A stretch of DNA of 64,000 bases from Mytilus californianus (GCF_021869535.1 NW_026262672.1:3906001-3970000); one strand, 5' to 3'. Positions 25,330 through 38,887 are shown, counted from the first letter of the stretch. Numbers and translations: made by a program. The notes: generated from the letters alone by a model not told the origin.

Positions 25330-25800
25330 TCAAGAAAAGTTTATCAACAATACATTCTACTGGAATCACATGTGTTTCTGGATCGATAGCTTCAATGACT
25401 CTAACGATGTGTTTTGCAATGGTGTCACAAAGAAAACTTTGCTCATGAATTTCGAGTTTTTGAGTGTACGCAAAAACTCTTTGAGCGATAGTATCAACAA
25501 CAAAATAAAGTAACTTCCTGATTTCTCCATTTTCATTACGGATTTCATGACAAATGCGTTTTTTTTTTCCATTCTATTGTATTCTTGAGAGTAAAATTTC
25601 TCTTCCTTAGATTTAATTCGCAGTCCAATTTTGACATTTTCCATTGATTGAGCATCAGTGATTTCAAGAAATAATTCCTTAGCACCTTCTGGAAGATCTG
25701 AGGATGATGTTAAACGACCTGCTACATAAACATTCCCAAAAGATTTACCACATGACCACAATTTAGCTTGCGTTTTTGATTTGCCAAGATGTTCCCAAAA
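25330..25800 (-). pseudogene. Possible CACTA/EnSpm-type transposase C-terminal fragment
   Basis: GLRIKSKEEKFYSQEYNRMEKKNAFVM...GSYFIL resembles the YHS-Y-R-KRN---V motif of animal CACTA-like transposases; inference. Confidence 0.4.
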
Positions 25801-25904
25801 TTATGATTTCTGAATACAATTAAGATCTATCTTAACTTCAGTTCAATCTCCCCTAGACGTAAACACTGTTTGGTTACATCACCTGTGCCGTGCAATTTCT
25901 CACT

Positions 25905-26510
25905 AATTATGAGTAATAGGATAACTATATTTGGTATTTGGGTTCCTTGCAACTTTTACATGTCCGTCAGACAGGGTTCACCTGACCTCATTTCATGGAT
26001 CTGTGATCAAGGTTAAAGTTACGTGTTTATGTCAGTTTCTCAGATACTGTAAGCAGTAGGTCAACTATATGTGGTGTATGGAATGGTTGTAAGAGGTACA
26101 TGTCAGTCTGGCAGGTTTCATCTGACCTTGAACTCATTTTCACGGTTCATTGGCCAATGCTAAGTTCTTGTGTTCTGGTCTGTTTTTCTAATACTATAAG
26201 CAATAGGTCAACTATATTTGATGCATGGATTGATTCTAAGGTGTACATGTCTATCTGTCAGGTGTTATTTGTCCTTGACCTCATTTTCATGGTTCATTGG
26301 TCAATGTTAAGTTTTTGTTTGTTGGTCTGTTTTTCTAATACTATAAGCAATAGGTCAACTATATTTGGCGTATGGAATGATTATAAGTTGTACATGTCTG
26401 TCTGGCTGTGTCGTTTTTCCTTGACCTCAATTCATTGTTCATTGGTGAATGTTAAGTTTTCATGGTTTAATCTGTTTCTTGTATACTATAAGCAATAGCT
26501 CAACTATGAA
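25905..26510. repeat. Tandem array of ~147-bp units (about 4 copies)
   Basis: Anchor AGGTCAACTATAT and variants at ~25919, 26059, 26206, 26353, 26498. Confidence 0.9.
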
Positions 26511-26679
26511 TTTGATCTCATTTAAAATATTATACATCAGCCAAGTTAGAACAATTTCAAAGATTACTTTATCAATAAAATAAACAATTGCCGACTGAAG
26601 GGCGAGGTGACTTGGTCACGCTAAAAAAATATTTTTGTCTTTCTCATTCTCTTTGTTTTTTATTTTATATTTTGTTTAA

Positions 26680-27235
26680 GGTTCATCATAACAAATGGAC
26701 AACAATCGCTTGTGTTTACACCTAATAATTTACTGACAAAAATGTGCAGTTGGAAAAGTTTTAAGGCCTAGCATCCACTAGATATTTTTAAAAAAAAATA
26801 CATTTTGTGTTTTAGAAAGATCACATCTTTTTTGGATTTTGATGGTCATTTTTTTCGTTCCTGCAGAAGGTGTAAAAATAAACTAAGTTTGATAAAATCT
26901 TTGAGATGTACCCTCTCAGGTAACAATTGTATTGTATTGTATTGATTGATATCCCATGGACAATAGGACAATATATATCTACACAACAATAGGTGATTTA
27001 ACTGAGTGGACAGTATCAAATGTAACTCAGGTGTTTGTTTATTTTATCATCATATGCAATGTCCATCAAAATCCAAGAAAAAATTTATCTTTCTGAAACA
27101 CAAAATGCATTTAACTATTGTATATCTAGTGGATTCTAGGCCTTTAAACTTTTCCAACTGCACAGGTTTGTCTGTACTCAGAGTAAATTTCGAGACGTAA
27201 ACACAGCCATTTTTGTCCATTTGTTATGATGAACC
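26680..27235. mobile_element. Non-autonomous Kolobok-type MITE, 556 bp
   Basis: TTAA|GGTTCATCATAACAAATGGACAA...TTGTCCATTTGTTATGATGAACC|TTAA; long imperfect TIRs; TTAA TSD with RR...YY ends is the Kolobok signature. Confidence 0.8.
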
Positions 27236-27422
27236 TTAATTGCTTAAATAAATGATTCTGATAGGTCGAAATCAGCTATGCACCCCTTCCCCCTCAGAAT
27301 CAAATGGCTATGGTCTTATACATGTATCTAGTTTGAAATTACATCGTAAACGTCTATCATTTTCTGTGGCAAGTTATAATTAGATCTATCCTTTTTCAAA
27401 AGAAAACTTCGACTTATGTCGC

Positions 27423-27600
27423 CATGTTGCTGATGCTGCCGAGATATCTCTGGTTACGCTTCGCGTGATTGGTCGAAATACAAGGAAAATTTCAAAATCG
27501 CAATACGATTGGATGAAATGAGATTTCAGCGTCCGAAAACCTAAAGATGATTGGTTATTACAAAGGAATTGCAAAGTGGGCCAAATACGAAGAGAAGATG
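27423..27600. promoter_or_regulatory. Candidate bidirectional promoter with three CCAAT boxes
   Basis: ATTGG at 27468, 27508, 27550 (40-42-bp spacing) between a minus-strand AACATGGCG (ATG 27425) and a plus-strand ATG (27598). Confidence 0.45.
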
Positions 27601-27800
27601 TCGCAGAAGAATCAATCCGGGAAAATGTTCGCTCTTATTCAATGGTCTGATCTTTATACAAGTATCATCGATTTGGCCAACGTGCGTAGTCCGAAAAAAA
27701 GAAAAGTACGAGGAAGGGGAATACATCGAGACAAAGTACAAAGTAAAGATGTACAGGGCAGTGATCTCGCACATATTGACTGAGATCTTTACAGAGATCT
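27598..27800 (+). pseudogene. First-exon-like frame with a slip in an A-run
   Basis: MSQKNQSGKMFALIQWSDLYTSIIDLANVRSPKK then -1 slip EKYEEGEYIETKYKVKMYRAVISHI; product unknown. Confidence 0.4.
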
Positions 27801-28640
27801 AGACATACAAACAATACATCCTTATATCATCATGACCATGCCTGATCCTCAGATTATGTATTAGGGCTTGTTAAGGCACCAACAATTGTTTTCACCTTGG
27901 GAGTGGAGCTGAGATGTTTTTATGAAAAAAAATTGTATTAGTTGCTGAACAAACTGTAGCAGGAGCACCTAATGAGTAAAACAATGCATACTTTTGTAAT
28001 GTACACATAGATATATTTAAGATAATTTCAACTCCTGTGGCACTTGGGAAAAAATTGACTTTGACAGCTATTTGGGGAAAAATGGTTTGTGCCTACTGGT
28101 CAGGGAGTAGATCTCGCAATTTTTGTACAGAAACATTTCTCGCCATTTTGCTGATCGTAGGCTTATTTTTCCATCAAAATTGACACGGATTAGCTCATTT
28201 GAAAGACCATCTTGTCTTCTTTCTAGAGCAAGTTTTAATTCTAATTTATTTATTTCAAATTTTTCACACAAAATGTCAAAAAATCGGGTGGCGAGAATTA
28301 CTCCTTGCCCAGTAAATGATTTAAGGGGATGGGGTCACATTCTCTCCTAAATGTACTTACTTTATTACGTAAGGCATAAGCTGCAAAATTGTAGCCTTTA
28401 TGGTTTTTGTCTCCCTTGCGACGAAAAGTCACAGACGGCGAGACAAATTGATGGCTTTTCTGGCGGCAGCGTTGTCCACAATTGTAAGAGTTTTTGCCCA
28501 CATTAATTTTTAGCTGACTTTCTCCGAAGCTTATAGTATGGTGAAGGGCGGGTGGGCGGGGAAAATCTTGTGTAATCAACTACTCCTACACTACAGTTTT
28601 TGACGCAGAGCTTTAAACTCTGTAGGATGTTTATATATTA

Positions 28641-29064
28641 ATTGATTGATTGTTGGTTGCTTAACGTCCAGTGGCAAATATTTCATGCATATTCAGGACG
28701 AGAACAAATTAACAATAAATACAATAGGTAGGTTCTGTAAGAGGGGCGTCCGGGATTAAGGTCGGAGAAATTTAGACTGCCACGGGAAATGAAGGTATAT
28801 TGGATAGGGACAGAAATTTAGCCTTGCAACAGGTCACCTACGGACCCCTCAAAGAGTTGTTGCAAGGGTTCTTAACGTGCAAAGAGCGTGGCACTCTCTT
28901 TACACGAGGCATCGGATTTAAGGTCCCCATTCTGACCGGACGTGGCTGCAAATATTTACATCCCGCACAGCCAAACAGACGCCCCACTTTAGCAAGGGTT
29001 TTACTGCCGGTCGAAGGAAGACCAATGGTGACCACACTTCTATTCCCCAGTCACCCTTGGGGGG
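28641..29064 (-). mobile_element. SINE-A copy 5
   Basis: Full head to tail; no TSD seen. Confidence 0.93.
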
Positions 29065-30597
29065 TCTGGTCATACATGTCTGATGTGAGGTAACTGAAAA
29101 AAATAATTAACAAATCATAAAAAAAAAATGTTTTCCACATTTCATTACCTATGATAGACGCAAAAAAAAAATGCGATAAAAAGTTTCCAACGACAGAATT
29201 GTGATCTTTATAATTTCAGGAACAGTTGGTCGAAAACCAGTAAACCTGTGTAAAACTGAATTGGGTTTAAAAACTTCTCCTTCCTAATGAGAAAATATTT
29301 TAAAAGCATAATTACAGCCAATAACTTAATTCTTAGATACATGTTTTTTATCACCTGTAATTGTACATATTATATATATATATATATAACATGATAACAA
29401 CCTTATGTTAAATTTATATTTCATGTCACTAGGAAACATAAAAAGGGGAAGCAGCAACAGAATGACTGGCAGAATTAGAAGACGAAAACTTAATTTTAGA
29501 TAATGAACGTTTACGGGAAGGTTGAAACTTGAACAAGAAAATTTAAAACTAGCGAAGAATGTGTTTATTTTGACAAAAAAATGCCTCATATGTAAGTTGC
29601 AGACTGAGTATCCTGATTTGTGTACACTTTTTAAATGAACTATAATTACAACATGTGTAACACTGTAAATCTGGATATTTTGGTGTTCAATTCTAAATAA
29701 CTTAAAATTATTACTATTTTTTTCCCAAACACATGTATAATAGTTGGTAAAATATTGTTTAACATTGTAACCATTTTGTCACCTTGACATATATTCATAT
29801 CATTCAAATATCACCAACTACTGTATATTTTAGAATTTTTGTATTTTGGCCCTTTTTCAAATTTTAGGTAAGTAATGGCCATAAAACTGTTGCATAATGC
29901 TAGGCTTATCAAATCTTTGTGTGAGAGATCCCTTCGTTTTTTTTATATTCTGATGTATTAATTCAAATATAACAAAAAAGATGTATTTTAATTTGTATAT
30001 ATTAATAAATCCAAGATAATTTTTTATTGCAGAAACAGGCAGGACAAAAAGATTTTGAGGAAGATTTTGAAACTTTGGACGGTCAATATATCAATGATAC
30101 TTAACCGGCATTAGAAGATTGCCAATCACCATCCATTCTTGAATCAAGATCTACTTACAGCTTCAGTACTAATTTTAACAAGGAAGTGAGTACATAGGTA
30201 TTGTACAATGTGTTTATAGAAATAAGGAGATGTGGTATGATTGCCAATGATACAACTAACCACAAAAGACTTTACATTCAAATGAAAGTGGATGTTTGAA
30301 GTGGCATTAACAGATTTTTATCATTCTTAAACAAAAGATCAAGTGTGAAATAATTGCCTTTACTTCTGCATATAATTTTTTCTTCTTCAAATTCTCATCA
30401 TTATCATCTTCTGCAGCATGCTCCCAATTTGTTAACATATTTTTGGACAAGCAGAAAAAAGAAAAGCCTGTTGACAGAAGAGCTAAATTCCAATTCCACC
30501 GAGAGAAAAGAAAACACACACACTATTCAAAATTTTCGTATGTACCCACCAAATATAGAGGGCTGACTGCATTAAGCATGGGAATGCCTACATTTTA

Positions 30598-31023
30598 TTG
30601 ATTGATTGATTGTTGGTTGCTTAACGTCCAGTGGCAAATATTTCATGCATATTCAGGACGAGAACAAGTTAACAATAAATACAATAGGTAGGTTCTGTAA
30701 TAGGGGCTTCCGGGATTAAGGTCGGAGAAATTTAGACTGCCACGGGAAATGAGGGTATATTGGATAGGGACAGAAATTTAGCCTTGCAACAGGTCACCTA
30801 CGGACCCCTCAAAGAGTTGTTGCAAGGGTTCTTAACGTGCAAAGAGCGTGGCACTCTCTTTACACGAGGCATCGGATTTAACGTCCCCATTCTGACCGGA
30901 CGTGGCTGCAAATTTGTACATCCCGCACAGCCAAACGGACGCCCCACTTTAGCACGGGTTTTACTGCCGGTCGGAGGAAGACCAATGGTGACCATACTTC
31001 TATTCCCCAGTCACCCTTGGGGG
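30598..31023 (-). mobile_element. SINE-A copy 6
   Basis: TSD GCCTACATTTTA at 30586-30597 and 31024-31035. Confidence 0.95.
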
Positions 31024-31311
31024 GCCTACATTTTAGAATCCCAATAGTAGTGAATCTGTCGCAATGATACTACGAAACATTGGAATGCAAGCTGGTATTA
31101 AACGTTACGGTAAAGACAATGATAGAGACTGGACTTTTGTATGCTTTGGCGAAAGACCATATAGTCTATTCCAGAAGATTTTGAATGAAGCTGGTATCTG
31201 TACATATTGCCTTAGTAACAAGACGTGTTCATATAAAGCCTATTTAAAACCAAACGAAGAGTAAAAGAAACACCATAAACGCCAACAGTCCGATTTACCA
31301 AGTGCGTATCA

Positions 31312-31495
31312 AAATTAATAAAGACAGCAGTAATATACCACTGTTCAATAGTCATAAATCGAAAACAAATTCGGGCCACAAACCAAAACCCAGGGAAACA
31401 TAACAAATACAAGATGCAAACAACAGAACAACAGAAACACTGAACCGCTACAAAATCGAACGCCAACATACATAGAAACAGACTATTTGAAATCT
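31312..31495 (+). repeat. Interspersed repeat (related fragment at 2834-2920)
   Basis: AATAAAG(G/A)CA(A/G)CAGTA(G/A)TATACC(G/A)CTGTTC..TCATAAATCG shared by both loci. Confidence 0.7.
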
Positions 31496-31529
31496 GCAAG
31501 TATCAGAATAATGCTTCAAAAGGTATTTT

Positions 31530-32150
31530 CATTATGCATACCTTGTATTGAACCACACAAATTAGAGGAATACCTTACACTTCATGATATAATCCTACTT
31601 CATGTTACAGAAATACCACAATACACCAATACATCAAATATGCCACTGTTCAATTTACAGGGGTAAAATTTAAGACCACTGCAATATCAGGTGGTGAAAA
31701 GTACAGCTTTACCTCTAGATATCTTCATGCCAGCAACTAGACAAAAAGGGCAAACAACACCAGAATTTCACATCTACAATTGGATAAGACATGATATTCG
31801 AACAAACATTCTCAAAGTCAGCTGTAATACAAACACATCTTGGAAAAATACTAATAAGAACGTTCTTGCCCGAAATGTTAAGAACCTGAATATTACAAGA
31901 TGTATTGTTTTCGACAAAGCTTGATAATTGTTCATACAATTTACGCACAAATCCTCTGCGCGTACTTTTCCAAATCAGCCTTCATCAAGCTTGAAACGTC
32001 AAACCATATAATCAAAGAAAAGGAGAAGCGGAAATGGCAGAGGTCGATTATTTAACTGATATGAAAGAAAATGAAGCAGTTGTCAGCATTGTAACATCAG
32101 AAGATTTGGAGTCTTATCATTCAGTTATCAACCTTTTCCATACATATAAC
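31530..32150 (+). pseudogene. Fragment of an XPG/PIN-like nuclease-bearing transposon protein (Academ-like, inferred)
   Basis: HIKYATVQFTGVKFK, EKYSFT..IFMPATRQK, AEMAEVDYL..EAVVSIVTSEDL; same motifs as 51330-52400. Confidence 0.5.
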
Positions 32151-33121
32151 ATTTACATTGTTTATTTATCATAAAATAGATTCCATTGGAGTCTGATGAG
32201 GACAACATTTACAGGGCACTGAGGGTCTCTAATACCATCTTGAGATCCCGCTCCCTCAAAATCAAACTTTGGCGGGAAAAGGCCAACATGACCAACAGTG
32301 GTCGACAAGGTTGTTGTAAAAAACCTGAAGATAGCAGAATACAGGGGATCTATATTCCTGAATTCTATGTCGGATACTAACATTTTTTAAGACCTCCACT
32401 CCTATAAAATGTAAAGAAAAAAACAAACTGTTATCTTTTTCAAATTATCCAATATTTCACTTACCTATTATATATATTCTAAAAAGAATTAACTCTTAAC
32501 TGATGTTTAAATGATAATTATCTACAAAAAATACTACTTTGCATTTTTAAACCTGTCAACCAGGGGGCACACAACCTGCATCAGTATGAATGATTAATGC
32601 ACATACTAAAACACATTTTAAGCAAAACTTTTGTAGTATTTAGCCAATTATATATAATAAATTCCTGCTTTTAATTATAAAGTTAACTTAATTAAACTAA
32701 ACCAAACACTGAAGTTAAAGAGAGAAAAAATGTTTTCCATTCAATTGCAATTTTTCAATTTTATGAAGGTTTTGTGCGTACTAGATCACAAATATCTGTG
32801 GAGGCTTATTCCCACATGTCGAGGTGTTATTGGTCAATACAACTCAAATTCAATTATATTGCAGAACGACACATAATTTGAAGAGACAGCAAAACAAATT
32901 AAAATAACCTTGCAAGACGAAGGCATCACAGATAAAAAATTAAAAAGCCTTGCAAGACAAAGGCGTCACAGAAAAAAAATAAAATAGCCTTGCAAGACAT
33001 CATAATTTTTAAACTAGAGGAACACAGAAAAGTGACTATTGATTAAAACTAGCTTAAGCATCAATTGGTTAGAATTGGTTTTTAAATCAAATGGGCATAA
33101 CTATATAAATATATATATAGA

Positions 33122-33395
33122 TATAAGAAGATGTGGTATGAGTGCCAATGAGACAACTCTCCATCCAAGTAACAATTTATAAAAGTAAACCATTATAGGT
33201 CAAGGTACGGCCTTCAACACAGATCCTTGGCTCACACCGAACAGCAAACTATAAAGGGCCATAAAAATTACTAGTGTAAAAACCATTCAAAAGCGAAAAC
33301 CAACGGTCTTTATCTATATAAAAACGAGAAACACGTATGAACTACATAATCAGACGACAACCACTGTACATTCCTGACTTAGGACAGGTGCAATT
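33122..33395 (+). repeat. Interspersed repeat X, uninterrupted copy
   Basis: Homologous to 8228-8575; head fragments also at ~5446, 30225, 47404, 63272. Confidence 0.85.
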
Positions 33396-33620
33396 ATATG
33401 TACATTTTTGTGGCCTCTCCCTTCTCCTGTCTCGTTTTATTAATTATTTGAGATTATCATTTTCTGTACGTCGCCTCAATCTATTTTAGGAAATGGAAAT
33501 TAGCATATCTAATATATTTACAGTTAAAAGCCACCACACTTTAAAACTCTGGATATTATTTGAGCAGCCGAGAAACACGTGGGTTTAGTCATGTGGTCAA
33601 ACTTTCACTCGTGGGGTTAG

Positions 33621-33754
33621 TTAGCTGCAGAACCGTAGCTCTTGGGTCTTTATGTTATTTTTTGACTATTTGCGGACCAATAGTCAAAAAATAACATGGT
33701 CCGCAAATAGTCAAAAAATAACATAAGGACCCACGAGCTACGGTTCCGCAGCTA
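33621..33754. mobile_element. Palindromic hAT-type MITE, 134 bp
   Basis: ~58-bp TIRs TAGCTGC(A/G)GAACCGTAGCTC...GCGGACCA; GGGGTTAG repeated at 33613-33620 and 33755-33762 (8-bp TSD). Confidence 0.85.
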
Positions 33755-34479
33755 GGGGTTAGGCGACATGTGGTCAAACTTTCAGACAAAATCAATGAAT
33801 ATATCGCCTCCTCAATCTCTTTTAGCAATTGGAATTCATCATATCTAAGGGACAGTTAATAGCCGCCACACTTTTAAACTCTGGATATTATTTGAGCAGC
33901 CGAGAAACACGTGGGGTTAGTCGACATGTGGTCAAACTTTCAGACAAAATCAGCTTTTGGACACCAAAATCAACGTGAATACGGTTAAATTCAGCATGAA
34001 TTTTCACTTACGTAATCTATATGAGCTTTCAAATCCTAACAGTGACTTGTCATTCCAAACAAACAAAAAATCTGCGGTCTGTTTCACATTTAGAACAAGT
34101 CCTTCCTTCACAAGACGACAAGACAGGTGCTCGATACGTTCGTTAAACAAGCTTCTGATAGACCCCGAGAACAGTTTGATTGGTTGTTTAATATTAATAG
34201 GCGGGGCTTAATCCGCGATAGAAAAACGGCTAAATTTAATCAACTTGATATTCATTTATAAATATAAGGTTAAATAATAGTAATTATGATAGATTTACAT
34301 CATATTGTAATACTTTTTCCAACAATAGGGCATCTGAATATACGCTTTTTACATTTGTATCCCAGCGTCGCTCATGGTTCATTTGATGACGTCATGAATA
34401 ATAATGAGGAAGATGGAGTTATCTCCGCTTGGTCAAAACTCCGGGAAAAAATAATAAAATCTGCCTTAACACTCCCGCG

Positions 34480-34971
34480 TATGGATGTCCCAGCTGCCGA
34501 TCTGGCTAAGGAAGACGACATGGCTAAACTAATAGCACAAATGGACAAGGCGTTTTAAAGGGACGATAAGGACCAAGCATACAAAGCTTACAAAATTTTT
34601 GATATTTTTGTTCAAACAGAAAATTTGCCACTCTTGTTCAAACAGAAAATTTGTCAATATCAGACTGCATAAAAAAATGTGATGTTCGATTCGCTCGTGT
34701 ACGTTACAACGTATTTGATTTTAATGAAAGAAATCTCTGTACTATTGAAAGACTATTAGACCAGGGTTTTTTAAAATCTCAAACTAATAAAAACACTTGC
34801 TAACTTTCATCTTCGGGGAAAGGTTATCATTCGTAAATAAAAATCAACATGCAGACATCTTATACGTACAGGTATTGCACAGGAAATAAACACATTCATG
34901 CTAAAACTAGTTGTTTGCATGATACGGTATATGTCCTCGTATATTTAATGATGGTATGATACTAAACCCCT
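34480..34971 (+). repeat. Dispersed ~490-bp duplication, copy 2
   Basis: Near-identical to 3395-3885. Confidence 0.95.
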
Positions 34972-35739
34972 AAACTAAATCATAAACACAGAAGATAAAG
35001 CATATATAATCAACCTGGAAAACGAAATCAAACTTCCAATCTTGCTAGCTCAAACACTGACGAGCAAAGCATAAAAATGCTTGAGTTCCAAATGATGCAA
35101 AACATGTCCATGAACAATATGCTAGCCAACCAACAAATGCAAATGATGATGCATCAACAACAGATGATGCAACAAACCTTTCTACAATTAACTGCTTGTT
35201 TCTACATGTATCCACACATGACAATACCAAGGCATATTCCACCTCATACTGCGTATGTGCCAAATGTAATACAAAATCATATTCCAAATGGTGTATATGT
35301 TCCTAATGATCATCCCCAATGAAGTCGTCCATTCCACTATATCCATAGTATATGACAGTAGGTGTAACAATTCATTTTATTTATATTTACATTTAAGATG
35401 TTAATTTTGTTGGGTGTAATGTATGTTAAGTTCAGATTGCACACAAACTGAAAATAAAATAAAACTTGTTCAGTCAAAATAATCGAATTATTTTATTCCT
35501 CCATGTAGTTGTACACAGTATTGATACGGGTATGACATTATGTGAAGTTCATATAACATGTATAAATATAAGATGCTTCTATATTTTGGGTATTAATAAT
35601 ACAAAGTTACTTAAAAGGACACACACATGTTGTATATATACTTATTTTTTTAATTTCAGACTCAGACTTGGAGAGGAATCATGGTGATGAGCAAGAGACA
35701 TAGGATGATGTACGAATAGGGGAGGCCTACACTAGGAAG

Positions 35740-36085
35740 GTATATGGTACAAACAATAAGTTCCTGTTTGTACACCAAACTGAATGGCAGAGGAGACTTC
35801 TTGAGATGTATGGGAAAGAGATCTGCCTTTTGGATGCTACATACAGGACAACCAGATATTCCCTTCCAATTATATTTCAGGTGTGTGCCTACGAATGTGA
35901 ATTACATCAATGTTGGAACATTTGTGACAGAGACCAAGGACAGTGCTTCCCTGATGGAGGCCTTGCAGGTATTAAAAGAATGGAATCATTATTGGTTACC
36001 CAAGTTCTTCATGTGTGACTATGCCACTGAAGAGATCAATACCCTTGAAAACGTTTTTCCAGGTTTGCAAGTTAAACTTTCTATT
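35740..36085 (+). pseudogene. MULE (Mutator-like) transposase core fragment
   Basis: KFLFVHQTEWQRRLLEMYGKEICLLDATYRTTRYSLP / CVPTNVNY..VGTFV..EALQVLKEWN..WLPKFFMCD..EEINTLENVFPG; DATY and FMxD catalytic motifs; frameshift. Confidence 0.8.
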
Positions 36086-36119
36086 ACTTTATATAATAGT
36101 ATGCCAAATTTATATCAAC

Positions 36120-36912
36120 CCCAGGAGGGCAAGAGGGAGAGGTCCCAGAAGAGGAAGAGGAGCCAACCAAGTAATCGGATCAAATAGGGCAGGATTGTAA
36201 AAGATCACCCTGGGTATGCTTTTGATGTCATTGACTATGATGACACACAGCATGGTAGGCATCATCCTTCACAAGACAGTCTAGCCCGACTGGTGTACTT
36301 GCACATACTGCAGGGAGATGCCGACTGAGAGAGAGGCGTTTCTATGGCAGAGCAAGACAGAACTGCTGCTCTAGGCTACCAGTATGTTCTAAACTAACAC
36401 CTAATAAATTGTATACCTGAACCAGATTTCAAGGATTGTGCATACACCGTGTGTGCATAATATAGAAGTTTACAAACCAAGTTATACTTAGACAACTCTA
36501 TATAATTGATGTAAAGTTAATAATTAGATAAAATATACACAATTTTTTTTTATGTTTTTCCGTATAAGGTTGATAAATAACAACATAACTCATCAAAGAT
36601 ATGAGATAAAATTTAATTTTTTATCAGGATTTCAATTTGATTGTCCTAGATGAGGCAGCCCTTCATGTTGCAAGAAGGCTTAGAGAGGAGTTGATGGTCA
36701 TGTCCAAAGATGAAGATTTTAACAGATCAAACAGATTTGCTTCATTCAGACCATTTAAGGTGTGGGTTTATGGTAGACTTGGGGCTGGGGATCGACGTGT
36801 GATCCCAAGCTGTTGCGTATGGCGCATCAAGGATAAATATCCCAATCCATTTGGACAGTACCAAGGTTTTGTAGGGGGAGGTTTAATTAAATGTAAAGAA
36901 AACATGTCTTAA
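36120..36912 (+). pseudogene. Two-exon P2X7 ballast-like (Kolobok KolX-like) gene
   Basis: RG-rich start, DWCTCTYCREMPTERE, GT..AG phase-0 intron 36382-36627, then [12 protein letters not shown]...[47 protein letters not shown]; frameshifts in exon 1. Confidence 0.8.
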
Positions 36913-37542
36913 GTTCTGTTTTTAAGCCAAGAAAATGTATAAAAAATATTTTGGGATTTGGTCATTGTGATGAAATTAATGTGAACTCTTGGTTTTCAAT
37001 TTTTCACTGTTATCTTAGGTGATGTTCTGTTTTTGCGGCTGCCCCATATATTTTTTTTACCTATCAAGTTATTCAATATAATGTATGACATATCAACTAA
37101 GTTATCCCTACAGAGCCCTAACTGACCACAGCAGTGCCAACAAAATACACACATGATAGCAACAGAGGTTCACATTATTGGCGCTTTTTACAAAAAGTTG
37201 ATTTGATCATGTTATTGTCAGAGGCAGAAGCTATCATAGTTTTCTGGCATATAACTATCAAACTTTTGGGTTTTCACCAAACACAACTGTTATTTTTAAT
37301 GGATAGGATGGAGATTCAACAGAAATTAGATAGCTACCATTTGTTTTTGAGTTTTGAGTAAAAAAAAGGCAGGATGACAATTTATGTAAAAAAAGCCAGG
37401 ATAAACTAATAAAAAAAAGGCAGGACGGAAAAGAGTGAAAAATAAAAAAAGCAGGACAAAAATGTTTAATCCTAGCAACCCCCTCCCCTCCCCCTATAAA
37501 AATCAAATGTAGCTCCCTTATGTCTGTTGTCCAAGTTAGATA

Positions 37543-37936
37543 TGATTGATTGATTGTTGGTTGCTTAACGTCAAGTGGCAAATATTTCATGAATATTCAG
37601 GACAAGAACAAATTACCAATAAATAAAATAGGTAGGTTCTGTAATAGGGGCGTCCACGGGAAATGAGGGTATATTGGAAAGGGACAGAAATTTAGCTTTC
37701 CAACAGGTCACCTACGGACCCCTCAAAGAGTTGTTGCAAGGGTTCTTAACGTGCAGAGAGCGTGACACTCTCTCTACACGAGGCATCGGATTTATCGTCC
37801 CCATTCTGACCGGACGTGGCTGCAAATTTGTACATCCCACACAGCCAAACGGACGCCCCACTTTAACAAGGGTTTTACTGCCGGTCGGAGGAAGACCAAT
37901 GGTGACCATACTTCTATTCCCCAGTCACCCTTGTGG
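37543..37936 (-). mobile_element. SINE-A copy 7 (older variant, 30-bp internal deletion)
   Basis: GGCGTCC|ACGGG junction deletes GGGATTAAGG...CTGCC; shares diagnostic bases with copy 8. Confidence 0.92.
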
Positions 37937-38887
37937 TGATAAATTAAAAGGACTTAGTTTATTTTAGTTCATTACGTAACAATTTTATTAAATACCGAGA
38001 TGGTAAAAAGATAAGATGATCTTGTATACAAATATCGATCTCGTATTTTTTGTTGGGTATATTCTTCAGAAAAAAGTCTTTCACAGTTCAAAAAACAAGA
38101 TACAGACTCAGAAGAATAATCATTTTAACGGTAATTGCATATTAATTTAATCTCCTTTTTGCAAACAAGCTTAAATGTATACTGCTTACCTATTTTGATA
38201 TAGTTTCTAGTTACAACTGATAATTGAAGGTTTATTATCGAAATTAACTTAAATGATTAAAACATGTTCTGGGTTTCAAAAGGGACCTAAAAGCAAAATC
38301 TTTCTAAAAGTTGGAACCTTAGTTTATGGACATAAATTCTAAATTTTAAAGTAAGTTATAAATCATGTCTGTACTGATACAAAGACTTCTGAACTAATAA
38401 AACTGTTAGATATATAGTCATATAATGAGATATATCTTGATATTATAATATTATTTATAATAGAAAATTAAAGGATATGGGGTATCTATCCATGACACAA
38501 AATCAATACATGCACAGCAACAACAATAAAACACAAACAAACACAAAAAGAAAAAGAACAGCGCTTTTATTGCTCTTCTTCAAATATGTCTATTTTTATC
38601 ACAGGATTAAACAGAATTTTCAAAAACTGGCCTCTATAGTCAAAACCTTTCCTGAATAACAAAAGAGGATTAAGGACCTAGATGATGATCATGAAGAAAT
38701 TGAAAAAACCATTTTATTTCACAGTGGTGAGACAGAAATGGAAGATGATGTACTTATGCTGTATAACAGCAAAATAGTTATGATGAGAAATAGATTATCG
38801 CAGACAAAAGTGACTTTCATGTGTAAAAGATGTTTTTCTGTTTCTGTTTTATGAATAGTATTTGATCGGACATAGCAACAAAGGAAG

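Noticed and set aside
32899-32999. Three ~40-bp CCTTGCAAGAC units
   Set aside because: Real but ordinary short minisatellite with no further structure.
35077-35322. Met/Gln-rich ORF
   Set aside because: Low-complexity, no domain; possibly a LINE ORF1 remnant but not supportable.
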